DNA of 52,937 bases from Candidatus Woesearchaeota archaeon. GTDB lineage: Archaea; Nanobdellota; Nanobdellia; Woesearchaeales; GW2011-AR4. The notes under the pieces are model-generated. The model made no database searches and was not told the origin of the DNA. It worked only from the letters and a program-made list of their open reading frames with translations. How positions within the stretch are numbered: the stretch's first letter is position 1; every line of letters starts with the position of its first letter. Below are positions 28,308 to 37,280 of this stretch, one piece after another. The position numbers were made by a program, and so were the translations under genes. The DNA lies in NCBI GenBank assembly GCA_016181305.1, contig JACOZN010000013.1, positions 79,691 to 132,627 of the forward strand, in the 5' to 3' direction.

Positions 28308-29021
28308 ATGTTAAAGAAAACCCTAACAGCAATTGCAATAGTAGTATCTATAGTCGCATTTATATTTCTGATAGGTTGGGTAATATCAAGTCTAACTGCT
28401 AATGAATATAAAGATAAAGCAAAGTCTTATGATGACTTACAAAATGAACTTACCCTTTGTCATGGAAATTTGACTCAAAAACAATTACAGTATAATAACT
28501 TACAGAAAGTAAAAGACACGGCTATTGATGCCTTGACTAAAGACAAAACCGAACTAAATAACAATTTACAAAATTTAGGTCAGGAACTTGATTCTTGCAA
28601 CAAAACCCAACAAGGGAAAAATCTGGAGATAGGAAACCTAAAAAATAAATTAACTAACTGTACTTCAAATCAGCCAAATGTGTCCAATAATTGCCCAGTA
28701 GCATTAAGCCCTGCTCCAAGTGATAAAACCATGTTTTTTGGTAGCGTCATGGATGTTTCAACTATAAAAATTATTGGTACAATATCAGTCATAACCCTTA
28801 TAACTTTATTAACAATCCCATTTTCACTTGCATTTACTATTAATTTAAAGATAGGTGTAGTAGTGAGTTGGTTTATTGCAAATGCCCTTACTGTTGCTGT
28901 TCAAATTATTTTAGAAGTAATAGAAGCAGATTTGGATTTTAAAATCAGGTCGTTAATCACAGTTGTAGTGTTCACAGTTATCTTTGCTTTATTTGCTTAT
29001 GCAACAAGAGACTGGGATTAA
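28308..29021 (+). CDS. Coiled-coil membrane protein
   Basis: N-terminal TM, heptad region, three C-terminal TM. Confidence 0.7.
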   Translation: MLKKTLTAIAIVVSIVAFIFLIGWVISSLTANEYKDKAKSYDDLQNELTLCHGNLTQKQLQYNNLQKVKDTAIDALTKDKTELNNNLQNLGQELDSCNKTQQGKNLEIGNLKNKLTNCTSNQPNVSNNCPVALSPAPSDKTMFFGSVMDVSTIKIIGTISVITLITLLTIPFSLAFTINLKIGVVVSWFIANALTVAVQIILEVIEADLDFKIRSLITVVVFTVIFALFAYATRDWD

Positions 29022-29786
29022 TTATTGTTTAAGTACTTCTTTTTCGTTTTCTTTATTTTTTTGAGCTTCGTAGTGTTTCATCAAAGCTTTATTCTCATCA
29101 TCAATATCTTTTTTAGTATAAACAATAGCTTTAATTCTATGAATTCCTGAAGTTAGCAAACTAATATCATGCTTTATACTATCAATACCTTTAGCAATAG
29201 TATGTAGAGGTGGATCTCCCAATTGTTGCAACCCAATCAATTCTGAAAAATCAATCGTGAATTTTTCCTTATAATCATTATCATCTTTATCTTTATAATC
29301 AACCTTAATATCAAAGCTAGATTTGAACTTTTCTTGAGGATTTTCAGCAAGACTGGTAAGAAAGAACTGTAGTTTTTGATTGGGTGCTAAATATTTTATT
29401 CCATTTTTAATAAAGTTCTTATCGGATAACAAATGTCCCTTTTTTAATTCCAAATTTTTACTAATTTCAAACTTAATATCATAAGCTGGTCCAGTTCCTA
29501 TATTCCTTATGACCATATCAATAAAATTAATCCATTCTTCTCTTGGTTGAATTATTATCGATATATTAGGCACCCTTTGTGATTCTCTCATCTGTCTTGT
29601 TTCATCGACAAGTCTCCATGTCAGGATGGAATATGTCAAGCTGGACAGTGCCACAACAGATGTAAATATTAACATCAAAGTTCCACTGTTTTTGTTTAGA
29701 AACTCTGAATATTGCCAACTACTTATAATCAGCACAGCTAACAAAAACAGAATAGTTATGAATATTGATTTATCTTTCATATACAA
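29022..29786 (-). CDS. Membrane-anchored hypothetical protein
   Basis: Two N-terminal TM, then TRQMRESQRVP...IRNIGTGPAYD beta-rich domain. Confidence 0.65.
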   Translation of the reverse strand: MYMKDKSIFITILFLLAVLIISSWQYSEFLNKNSGTLMLIFTSVVALSSLTYSILTWRLVDETRQMRESQRVPNISIIIQPREEWINFIDMVIRNIGTGPAYDIKFEISKNLELKKGHLLSDKNFIKNGIKYLAPNQKLQFFLTSLAENPQEKFKSSFDIKVDYKDKDDNDYKEKFTIDFSELIGLQQLGDPPLHTIAKGIDSIKHDISLLTSGIHRIKAIVYTKKDIDDENKALMKHYEAQKNKENEKEVLKQ

Positions 29787-30263
29787 ATATCAATATTTTG
29801 TCCTTTATAAACGTTATTGGAAAATTTAGCCCATTTTTAGCCAGTCACTAACCCTAATGAAAATGCCTAATTTTGTCTCTTTGGTCTTATAACAAACCCA
29901 AAAAATTGTTCTGTTTTGTAGTCGGTAGTGTTTAAGGCATTTGCTAATCTTTTAAGATAGGTATCATGCCTTAATGTTGTAGAAGCACGGATATTAACCA
30001 CTTTTTATTATTTTAAGCTATTTTTGCCCTCTTTTTCGCTAAATGGTTGAATCATACCACCCTATCGGATATCGTTGAAATTTGGGCGAGATGGCTATAT
30101 TTTCATAGGTAAAATTATCGTTAAAATTTAAGATTTTAGGGAAATCAATTCCTTCACAATTTCAATTTTAAGCTTTTTATGGCATTATTGTCCTATACCA
30201 ATTTTTGACATTAAAATAAATCATACAGGCAAGAATGTCCAATGGTTAAATTATATTGGAAGT

Positions 30264-31451
30264 CTAAAGATATTTGCGAGTTAAGGAAACTAAGAATGCA
30301 CTAGACACTATAATTCCTAAAAATCCTTCAAAAACTGATAGTAACTTAGTTATTCCAACTGGGACTATTTCACCATAACCTATAGTTGTGAATGTAGTAC
30401 CTGAAAAATATAGTGAATCCATAACATCCAAGCCATTAACCAACTCTTCATTAATACTGAAATGTGATATTGGCAGTAAATAAATCAAAGTAAACAAAGA
30501 ATATAATATAATCGCCATAAAAAGAATTCTAATTGGTTTAAGTAAAGCACCAGTAATTCGCAAAATATACTTCAAAAATTTTCTTTTATTCGCTAAAATA
30601 GTTTTATAATATTTTAATTTGTTAAAAATATCTTTGTTATCCCTAATTGTTGTGTTTTTCTCAATGAAATTTATTGTATCAAAAATATAAGAATGAGACA
30701 TATTATCAAGATTTTGTTCTAGGTTTGTTGAATCTCTAAACAAGAATAAATTAAAACCATCTCTTAATTTTAGATATTTCTTGTTTCTTTTATAATCATC
30801 TATCGTGTAATACCCTAAATTTTCATAGTTAATTTGGTTATAATCAAAATAAACCTTTTCAGTTTTTAATTTCACAAATTTTACAAATGAGAAATCGTTA
30901 TCATAAGTCATAAATTGTTGAATAATATTTTCTTCTAATTCGAATTTGAATATACGACTACTGTGGATACCCATGCGTAAAATGCTCGATAATCTTATAT
31001 TCACATCGCTTGCATTTAAACTAATTATTGATAAATCATCAGTTTCAACTAAACGGACTATATTTAGCCTACCCTTGATTATACAGTTATCTAGTGTTAC
31101 ATTTTTAAGATTATTTGTTTTATCCCCTATTGTTAAGTTTCCAAGTATAATACAATTTTTAAATTTTATTTGGATTGAATTTTGTAAAGATATACTACAC
31201 ATTATTACTGAATTTTGAATTTCTACAATTGGTTCGTGATATCTATCCTCACCATCCAATCCCAAATCAGATTTATTGAGTGTTTTAAAATCTGGTCTTG
31301 TTTGAAGTAATTTCTTTAATTGTCCATCAAAATTTTTCTCATAGTCAATTCTATGTTCGGATACTATTTTACTAAGGTATATGGGTAGTTCTTCTTCCAT
31401 TAATTTAGGAAGTAAAGGATTCTTTAAAATTATTTCCTTTTTCTCCTTCAT
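30264..31451 (-). CDS. Two-TM potassium-channel domain protein with N-terminal beta-solenoid-like region
   Basis: SLYFSGTTFTTIGYGEIVP filter and pore helix flanked by TMs; repeated NC(I)IxG units at the N-terminus. Confidence 0.85.
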   Translation of the reverse strand: MKEKKEIILKNPLLPKLMEEELPIYLSKIVSEHRIDYEKNFDGQLKKLLQTRPDFKTLNKSDLGLDGEDRYHEPIVEIQNSVIMCSISLQNSIQIKFKNCIILGNLTIGDKTNNLKNVTLDNCIIKGRLNIVRLVETDDLSIISLNASDVNIRLSSILRMGIHSSRIFKFELEENIIQQFMTYDNDFSFVKFVKLKTEKVYFDYNQINYENLGYYTIDDYKRNKKYLKLRDGFNLFLFRDSTNLEQNLDNMSHSYIFDTINFIEKNTTIRDNKDIFNKLKYYKTILANKRKFLKYILRITGALLKPIRILFMAIILYSLFTLIYLLPISHFSINEELVNGLDVMDSLYFSGTTFTTIGYGEIVPVGITKLLSVFEGFLGIIVSSAFLVSLTRKYL

Positions 31452-31819
31452 TTTTTACTTTCATAATCTTATGTTTTACCATCATCGGAAAACAATCCAA
31501 AGTCAAATTATCTATCCCAACATCTTTTAATTCTCCTTAAAGAAATTCATTTATACAAACGAGGCAGAAGATAGCTACTATTTGGTTTCTGAAAAATTTT
31601 CTGTAGATAAAAGATGAACAAGTCCCTTTTTGTGCGTTATGGTACGAAAAGGCAAAATTAAACGTAAATTGGAGGATTGACACCTTTATAGCGACGAATC
31701 AACAATTTAAGCCAAAAAGTATCACTGCGTGTGGTATCTATAAGGTAGGTATTTGTCTAAACATATACACAAAAATCCCCCTAATTTTCAAGATAAAGTA
31801 TTTATATAACCTCAACCAC

Positions 31820-31833
31820 ATATACATGTATAT
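31820..31833. promoter_or_regulatory. 14-bp perfect palindrome ATATACATGTATAT downstream of a TATA-like TTTATATA (31801-31808)
   Basis: Direct reading; lies upstream of the Sm-like/Pol operon. Confidence 0.5.
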
Positions 31834-31895
31834 AAAAAAAGAAGCAAAAACCTCCAGTTTATTGCTGTTGGTTGCTTTCTTTAGGTATACAAAAT

Positions 31896-32117
31896 ATGTT
31901 TGATAAGCTATTAGGAAAGTCAATAAAGTGCGTTTATGTTGATGGAAACCAGCATAAAGCTATTTCTGGATTACTGAAAGACCAAAGCCCTAGTTTTGTA
32001 ACCATTTTTACGAATCAAGGTCAATATTTCTATGTCAAAGTTCAAGCTATAACAAGCTTGTATGAAAAAATAAGTGTGTTTGGAGGAAAACAAAATGGCG
32101 GAGTTATTCGAAAGTAA
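31896..32117 (+). CDS. Small protein, possible Sm/Hfq-like beta fold
   Basis: LLGKSIKCVY..DG...ISGLL.D.S..FVTI...G..FYVK..AITSL. Confidence 0.45.
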   Translation: MFDKLLGKSIKCVYVDGNQHKAISGLLKDQSPSFVTIFTNQGQYFYVKVQAITSLYEKISVFGGKQNGGVIRK

Positions 32118-33417
32118 AGAAGAAAATTATCAACCTTATACCCAAAATTTCTACAATCCTTTCATTTGGACAAAAAACTATTCAAAGGTTAATGGTATAG
32201 TAGAAGTTCTGTTAAAATTGGAGAAAAGCAGGGTAAGGAGAAATGTCTCAATGTACGTGGTTAATCTTATCCTGAACAATGGCAAAGTAGCAGTCTCGAG
32301 AAGTAAAGGATGGTTTAACAATCACCCAAATTCTAGATGGCATACTTACAGAAGTGCAATAAAATCTCAGGATTTATTGCAAGAATTAGGATTTGTAAAG
32401 ATTAGTAGGGGTTATAGAACTGCGGGATTTAGTAAAGGGTTCAGCTCTACCCTTGAAGTGACTGATAAGTTTAAAGTGGTATTCTTAAAGGAAGACATAA
32501 AGAAAGAGATAATTAGTAGTAGATTAGAAGTTGATGTTAGTAACCTATATGACATATTAGTGGATAGTAATGGTTACAAAGGGGTAGGAAGTGATAGGGA
32601 GAAAGCCATATCTATGGATAATATAGGCAAAGAGATTACTACTGCATTACAGTCCCATTTTCTTAAAAAAGGTTTAGAAGACGCTTTAAGGAACATGTCA
32701 AAACTAAATACAGAGCTTTTCAGTAAAATTACGCTTGGTTTTGATGATGGAAGGGTAACCAACACTATTTCTAATGTTTATCTTACAAGGATATTCAAAG
32801 AAGATGGTTGTGGAAGAATTTACCAGCAATACGCTTCAAGCTACCAACAATTACCAAAAGAAGATCGAAAGCACCTAACTATCAATGGTCTAAAAACTGT
32901 TGAAGTTGATTATTCTAACCTTCATATTAATTTGTTATACCACAAAGTAGACAAGGATAATCCAGTTGAGGATTCTTATATGGCTATTGTTAAGGTATTA
33001 TTAGGAAAACCTGACCCAGAAATTAGAGAAATAATAAAATTATACATTATCATTGCAATCAACGCAAAAAATTTTCGTTCTTCTGTTAGTGCCATGAATT
33101 TAAAACATTCCAAAATGGTTAGGAAATTAAAGGAAAAAAACATTAAATTTAAAGATATTATTAATGCATTTGGTAAGGTTCATCCAGACATACAAAAGTT
33201 TCTTAATAGTAATATTAGCTTTGAATTGATGCTAAAAGACAGCACTATTCTTGAAAATGTTTTATTAAGACTCAATAAAGAGGGCATATTGGGACTCCCC
33301 TTGCATGATAGTATTATTTGCCAAAAAGGGTTTGAAAGAAGAGTTAAGGAAATTATGATAGAAGAGTATAAGAACTACACTAGACTCTCTATAACTGTTA
33401 AAATATCAGCAGAATAA
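32095..33417 (+). CDS. Family-A/T7-like polymerase-related protein (TV-Pol-like), no exonuclease domain
   Basis: GRIY...YQQLP; motif A VEVDYSNLH; motif B REIIK (Rx3K); motif C LPLHDS; GGAGG SD before ATG 32095. Confidence 0.72.
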   Translation: MAELFESKEENYQPYTQNFYNPFIWTKNYSKVNGIVEVLLKLEKSRVRRNVSMYVVNLILNNGKVAVSRSKGWFNNHPNSRWHTYRSAIKSQDLLQELGFVKISRGYRTAGFSKGFSSTLEVTDKFKVVFLKEDIKKEIISSRLEVDVSNLYDILVDSNGYKGVGSDREKAISMDNIGKEITTALQSHFLKKGLEDALRNMSKLNTELFSKITLGFDDGRVTNTISNVYLTRIFKEDGCGRIYQQYASSYQQLPKEDRKHLTINGLKTVEVDYSNLHINLLYHKVDKDNPVEDSYMAIVKVLLGKPDPEIREIIKLYIIIAINAKNFRSSVSAMNLKHSKMVRKLKEKNIKFKDIINAFGKVHPDIQKFLNSNISFELMLKDSTILENVLLRLNKEGILGLPLHDSIICQKGFERRVKEIMIEEYKNYTRLSITVKISAE

Positions 33418-33430
33418 AAGGTGATAAAAC

Positions 33431-33784
33431 ATGCAAGACGAACATAAATTAAACATTTACAACGAGGCTTATGCTTTAAGCTTGGATATTTACAGAAAAA
33501 TAAAGTTTCCTGACAAAGAAAAATTTGGAATGGAACAGCAAATAAGAAGGTCTTCTATGTCCGTTTCTTTAAATATTGCAGAAGCGTGTGGCAAAGATTC
33601 TCAAGCTGACTTTAAAAGATGTTTGTATATCTCTATGGGTAGTTTGAAAGAAACAGAAACACTGATAGATTTTGCCAAAGATTTAAGTTACATTTCTTCT
33701 GGACAGCACAAAGAATTTAAAGACAGAATAACTACATTAGGAAAGCAAATAAACAGCTTAATTCAAAAAATAAAGGAGGGCTAA
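33431..33784 (+). CDS. Four-helix-bundle protein (23S rRNA IVP / Avd-like family)
   Basis: FPDKEKFGMEQQIRRSSMSVSLNIAEACG...SLKETET...DLSYI; GGTGAT SD. Confidence 0.9.
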   Translation: MQDEHKLNIYNEAYALSLDIYRKIKFPDKEKFGMEQQIRRSSMSVSLNIAEACGKDSQADFKRCLYISMGSLKETETLIDFAKDLSYISSGQHKEFKDRITTLGKQINSLIQKIKEG

Positions 33785-33808
33785 CAACCAATAGCCACTA
33801 ACCAACAG
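33781..33808 (+). repeat. Degenerate heptamer tandem (CTAACAA CCAATAG CCACTAA CCAACAG)
   Basis: 7-nt periodicity starting at the stop codon of the four-helix-bundle gene. Confidence 0.55.
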
Positions 33809-33809
33809 C

Positions 33810-33835
33810 TTGGGTTGATTACCAATCAAACCCAA
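33810..33835. repeat. Hairpin TTGGGTTGATT-ACC-AATCAAACCCAA abutting attR
   Basis: 11-bp stem with one bulged A; ends at the base before the att core. Confidence 0.75.
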
Positions 33836-33851
33836 CCCCGCAGGGGCATTT
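33836..33851 (+). repeat. attR, 16-bp direct repeat
   Basis: CCCCGCAGGGGCATTT; overlaps the pirin stop codon (33850-33852). Confidence 0.92.
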
Positions 33852-34557
33852 AACTCATCGGTACTTCAATTAGAAGAATTTTTGAGTCTTTTAACGTTTT
33901 TAAATTGATTTTATTTGTGATGATAATCTCAGCAGAATCACCCTTCTGTAGCTGGTATTTATCAATAGTAATCTCTCCATCAATCACAAAAACACAAATA
34001 CCATGCTTTTGGTTATGAATCTTATACACTACTCTTTTATTTTTGTCAAAATTTCCCATTAAAAAATAAGCATCTTGATGAATGTAAATCATGTCATTAT
34101 TCTTTTTTCCTGAAACAACCTCAACAAGTTCATTTTTCTTCAAATCCAGCCTTTTCTGCTCGTAGCTAGGATTTATGTTTCTTTCTTTTGTCAGAATCCA
34201 AATCTGCAGAAAATGCACTCTTTCCTTGGCTGAGTGATTGAACTCGGAATGCCTTACTCCTGTGCCAGCAGACATTCTTTGTATTTCACCAGCTTTTATT
34301 ATGTCATGATTGCCCATGCTATCACGATGCTCCAGACTTCCTTCATGAACTATAGAAACAATCTCCATGTTGTCATGGAAATGCATGCCAAACCCTTTTC
34401 CCGGCTCGACAATGTCGTCGTTAAGAACTTTTAATAAGCCAAATCCAATTCTTTTTGGATTGTAATAATCGCCAAAGCTGAACGAGTGTTTGCTGTGTAG
34501 CCAGCCAAGCTCTGTTGCACCTCTTTCCTCAGCTTTGTGGATAGTTATCCTAATCAT
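33850..34557 (-). CDS. Pirin family protein (YhhW-like)
   Basis: GWLHSKHSFSF, LNDDIV, FGMHFHDNMEI, LEHRDSMG, QRMSAGTGVRHSE, HFLQIW. Confidence 0.93.
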   Translation of the reverse strand: MIRITIHKAEERGATELGWLHSKHSFSFGDYYNPKRIGFGLLKVLNDDIVEPGKGFGMHFHDNMEIVSIVHEGSLEHRDSMGNHDIIKAGEIQRMSAGTGVRHSEFNHSAKERVHFLQIWILTKERNINPSYEQKRLDLKKNELVEVVSGKKNNDMIYIHQDAYFLMGNFDKNKRVVYKIHNQKHGICVFVIDGEITIDKYQLQKGDSAEIIITNKINLKTLKDSKILLIEVPMS

Positions 34558-34561
34558 AGAA

Positions 34562-34810
34562 TTAGACATAAGCTTTGTCAACATAGCACCATTTCCAGTC
34601 CTGCCCGCTGATTGATTTTATTATGGGGTGCTTTGTTTTCTGGAAATGCTTTGTTGCATGCCTGTTTTTTGAGGAATCGCAGCAGCCAACATGCCCGCAT
34701 GACAAGCACAATCTTAACTCCACCCATTTGTCGCCTCTCTTTAAGCACTCTTCGCATCCGCTAGTTTTCGGCTTGACATCTTTTATTTGAGCTAAATGGC
34801 TGCATTCCAT
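34562..34810 (-). CDS. UBP-type zinc finger protein
   Basis: CSH...CEEC...LRLCLSCGHVGCCDSS...HATKH...WKWCY. Confidence 0.9.
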   Translation of the reverse strand: MECSHLAQIKDVKPKTSGCEECLKRGDKWVELRLCLSCGHVGCCDSSKNRHATKHFQKTKHPIIKSISGQDWKWCYVDKAYV

Positions 34811-34816
34811 AAAAAA

Positions 34817-35380
34817 TCACTTTGCATGCTTTTCAATGATTATTTTTATCCTTTCCAATTCTTCCTGCGGTGGCTTTGGTATGTTTTCCCCAATCTTCCA
34901 GTATTTAACTTCGTGGTAAGCAAGCGGCTCTTTGCTTTTGTTTAAAGATGCTTCAATCACTTCTCCGACAAGCATCACATGGTCGCCAAGCTTAATTTCC
35001 TTGAACAACTTACACTCTAAGTTAAGTACAGCGCCTTCAACCATTAGAATATTAATTTTTTTGGCTTTATAAAACTTAAAGCTGAGCTCTTTTAAAGCAC
35101 TAACCTTGTCAACATTCTTTCCAGAACTGCCGCCTGCAACGCTTGCCAAGACATTTTGGTCGGTTGCTGCTATGCTGACTCCAAACTCTTTGGTATTTTT
35201 TATGTTTTCCAGAGTGGCTTTATTGTGGCCTATGCATACAGCCACCAAGCCAGGGCTATAGGAAACATGGTGAGTCCACTCGGCAGACATTATATTGTCG
35301 CCGTAAGGACCATTGCTTGTGACTAACCCAACATTTGTTATAAATTGTACAGTTTTTTCATCTCCCCATGGCAAATCCAT
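34817..35380 (-). CDS. Flavin reductase family protein
   Basis: NIMSAEW, TLENI, LECKL, GDHVMLVGEV. Confidence 0.88.
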   Translation of the reverse strand: MDLPWGDEKTVQFITNVGLVTSNGPYGDNIMSAEWTHHVSYSPGLVAVCIGHNKATLENIKNTKEFGVSIAATDQNVLASVAGGSSGKNVDKVSALKELSFKFYKAKKINILMVEGAVLNLECKLFKEIKLGDHVMLVGEVIEASLNKSKEPLAYHEVKYWKIGENIPKPPQEELERIKIIIEKHAK

Positions 35381-35381
35381 T

Positions 35382-35981
35382 TTATTGCAGTACTTCAAAC
35401 ACGTCTTTATAGTCAAACCTCAGCTTTTGCTTTTGCTTGTCTGCAGCATATCCTATCGGGCACAAGGCTGTCGGGACCAAATTCTTCGGAAGCTTAAGAA
35501 TTCTTGCATATTCTTTTGGATCAAAGCCTTCCATCGGGCACGAGTCAAATCCAAGCGCCTTTGCGCCATTAAGGGCGTTTCCCAAAGCAAGGTAAACCTG
35601 CCTTTGCGCCCATGAAAGCTTTTGCTCTTCACTCAGGCTTTTATCAAAGCCCCGCATAATGTCTATGTATGCAGTGCTTGCTCCAGCTTTATTCATCAGC
35701 TTCTCAAGCTTATCTATATTGCCGGCAATGTCCTTGTTTGCGCAGAAAACCAGCAGATGTGAGCAGGATTCTATCTGCTTTTGATTCATTGACACAGGAG
35801 TCAGTTTTTCTTTAAGCTTCGCATCTGTTATTACTTTTATCGCCCAAGGCTGTATGTTGAAAGAGGAAGGTGAATACCTTATAATCTCCAGCAGCTCATT
35901 GACTTTGGATTCCGGCAGTTTTCTTCCGTCAAACAGCTTTGTTGCGTACCTTTCCATTACTATGTCCATGAAATTCATCAA
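35382..35981 (-). CDS. Nitroreductase (NfsB-like)
   Basis: RYATKLFD, SPSSFNIQPW, GFDSCPMEGFD, IGY. Confidence 0.92.
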   Translation of the reverse strand: MMNFMDIVMERYATKLFDGRKLPESKVNELLEIIRYSPSSFNIQPWAIKVITDAKLKEKLTPVSMNQKQIESCSHLLVFCANKDIAGNIDKLEKLMNKAGASTAYIDIMRGFDKSLSEEQKLSWAQRQVYLALGNALNGAKALGFDSCPMEGFDPKEYARILKLPKNLVPTALCPIGYAADKQKQKLRFDYKDVFEVLQ

Positions 35982-36019
35982 ACCACCTTTTTAATAATAA
36001 AACACAATAAAATAAAAAT

Positions 36020-36157
36020 TTATTCTTTTTGCAGCTCTTTAAGCCTTTCCCCTACGCCTTTTGCCTCTTTTTCAAGGGAGTCCTTGTATTCTTTCAGCAT
36101 CTCTATCTTCTCTTCCCTTGTAAAGAAGCTTCTTGCGCTTCCACATCCGCATTCCAT
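36020..36157 (-). CDS. Small Cys-rich/coiled-coil protein (45 aa, below ORF cutoff)
   Basis: MECGCGSARSFFTREEKIEMLKEYKDSLEKEAKGVGERLKELQKE*; divergent from PadR. Confidence 0.7.
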   Translation of the reverse strand: MECGCGSARSFFTREEKIEMLKEYKDSLEKEAKGVGERLKELQKE

Positions 36158-36271
36158 TTTTTCACCTCAGATATATCGGTTATACGATATGAGAAGCGCA
36201 GCTTGTATTTAAATGTATCGGTTTTGCGATATTTAGAAAAATATAAATACCAGCCAGTTAATCCTTACAAT

Positions 36272-36580
36272 ATGAAGGAATGCTGCGAGATGAAGGGTTT
36301 TCTGAGCTTTATAGTGCTGAAGCTGATAAGCAAAAAGCAAATGTCAGGAGATGATATAAGGAAAGAGCTTGCCAAAAGGAGAGGCTCAAAACCCAGCCCC
36401 GGGACAGTTTACCCCGTTCTCAAGTCACTCAGCAAAAGCGGCTTTATAAAGGAAGTCAAAGACGGCGGAAAAACAAAAATGTACAAGCTCACAAAGAAAG
36501 GCAGGGAAGAAGTGAAACTGGCAACAAGAAAATTTTGCACCATATTTTACGACATGAAAGAGGAATTTAGAAGAAGTTAA
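36272..36580 (+). CDS. PadR family transcriptional regulator
   Basis: SGDDIRKEL...PSPGTVYPVLKSL...KMYKLTKKG; ORF-track start 36029 is an over-extension. Confidence 0.9.
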   Translation: MKECCEMKGFLSFIVLKLISKKQMSGDDIRKELAKRRGSKPSPGTVYPVLKSLSKSGFIKEVKDGGKTKMYKLTKKGREEVKLATRKFCTIFYDMKEEFRRS

Positions 36581-36620
36581 ATAATAACTTTTAAATGGGC
36601 TCTTAACTTTCTTTCTTAAA

Positions 36621-37280
36621 ATGCAAAAATACAGGCTAGTGTGCTTTGACGTTGACGGGACTTTGATAGACAATCTTACATTCTCATGGCAGATTTTCCA
36701 TGACTACTTCCAGACAGACAGGCACAAAAGGGAAGACGCAAAAAAGAAGTTCTTTAACGGGGAAATAACCTATAGGCAGTGGGCGGAGCATGACATCGGG
36801 CTTTGGCGCGAGAGAAACGCAAAAAGAGGGGATTTTTTCAAGGCGATGAGCCACCTGAAGCTCATGGAAGGCGCCATTGAAACGCTAAATGCACTGAAAA
36901 AAAGCAAAATGAAGCTTGCAGTAATTTCGGGCTCATTTAACATCTTGCTGGAAAAATTCATCCCAAACTATGAAGAGATTTTTGACGACGTTTTTTTAAG
37001 CAGGATTTATTTTGATGAGAAAGGCAGTATAAGCAGGGTTGATGCAACGGAATTTGACATGGACGGAAAAGCCATTGCATTAAGAAAAATTGCAGAAAGG
37101 GAGAATATAAGCCTGAAGCAATGCGTTTTTGTGGGAGACTACCTGAATGACCTGAAGATAATGAGAGAGGCAGGGCTGGCAATAGCGTTCAACTGCAATT
37201 ATGACGAAGTCAGGAAAGCCGCTGACGTTGTCATCGGGAAAAAGGACTTGAGGGAGATTTTGAGTCATATTTTTGTTTAA
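36621..37280 (+). CDS. HAD-superfamily phosphoserine phosphatase-like hydrolase
   Basis: FDVDGTL, VISG, K, VGDYLND. Confidence 0.88.
   Translation: MQKYRLVCFDVDGTLIDNLTFSWQIFHDYFQTDRHKREDAKKKFFNGEITYRQWAEHDIGLWRERNAKRGDFFKAMSHLKLMEGAIETLNALKKSKMKLAVISGSFNILLEKFIPNYEEIFDDVFLSRIYFDEKGSISRVDATEFDMDGKAIALRKIAERENISLKQCVFVGDYLNDLKIMREAGLAIAFNCNYDEVRKAADVVIGKKDLREILSHIFV

Larger units (their letters stand above)
18783..33851. mobile_element. ~15-kb integrative element in tRNA-Arg(GCG)
   Basis: Flanking 16-bp direct repeats, adjacent tyrosine integrase, visibly AT-richer sequence, cargo of hypothetical and defence-like genes. Confidence 0.92.

Noticed and set aside
29790-30260. Short minus-strand reading frames in the AT-rich gap
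   Set aside because: Fragments under 50 codons with no good start or recognisable motif
33431-33784. Avd-like gene as evidence of a DGR
   Set aside because: No reverse transcriptase and no TR/VR pair seen; the family is also common outside DGRs
36029-36271. N-terminal extension of PadR
   Set aside because: Antisense to the real 45-aa gene at 36020-36157; low-complexity translation
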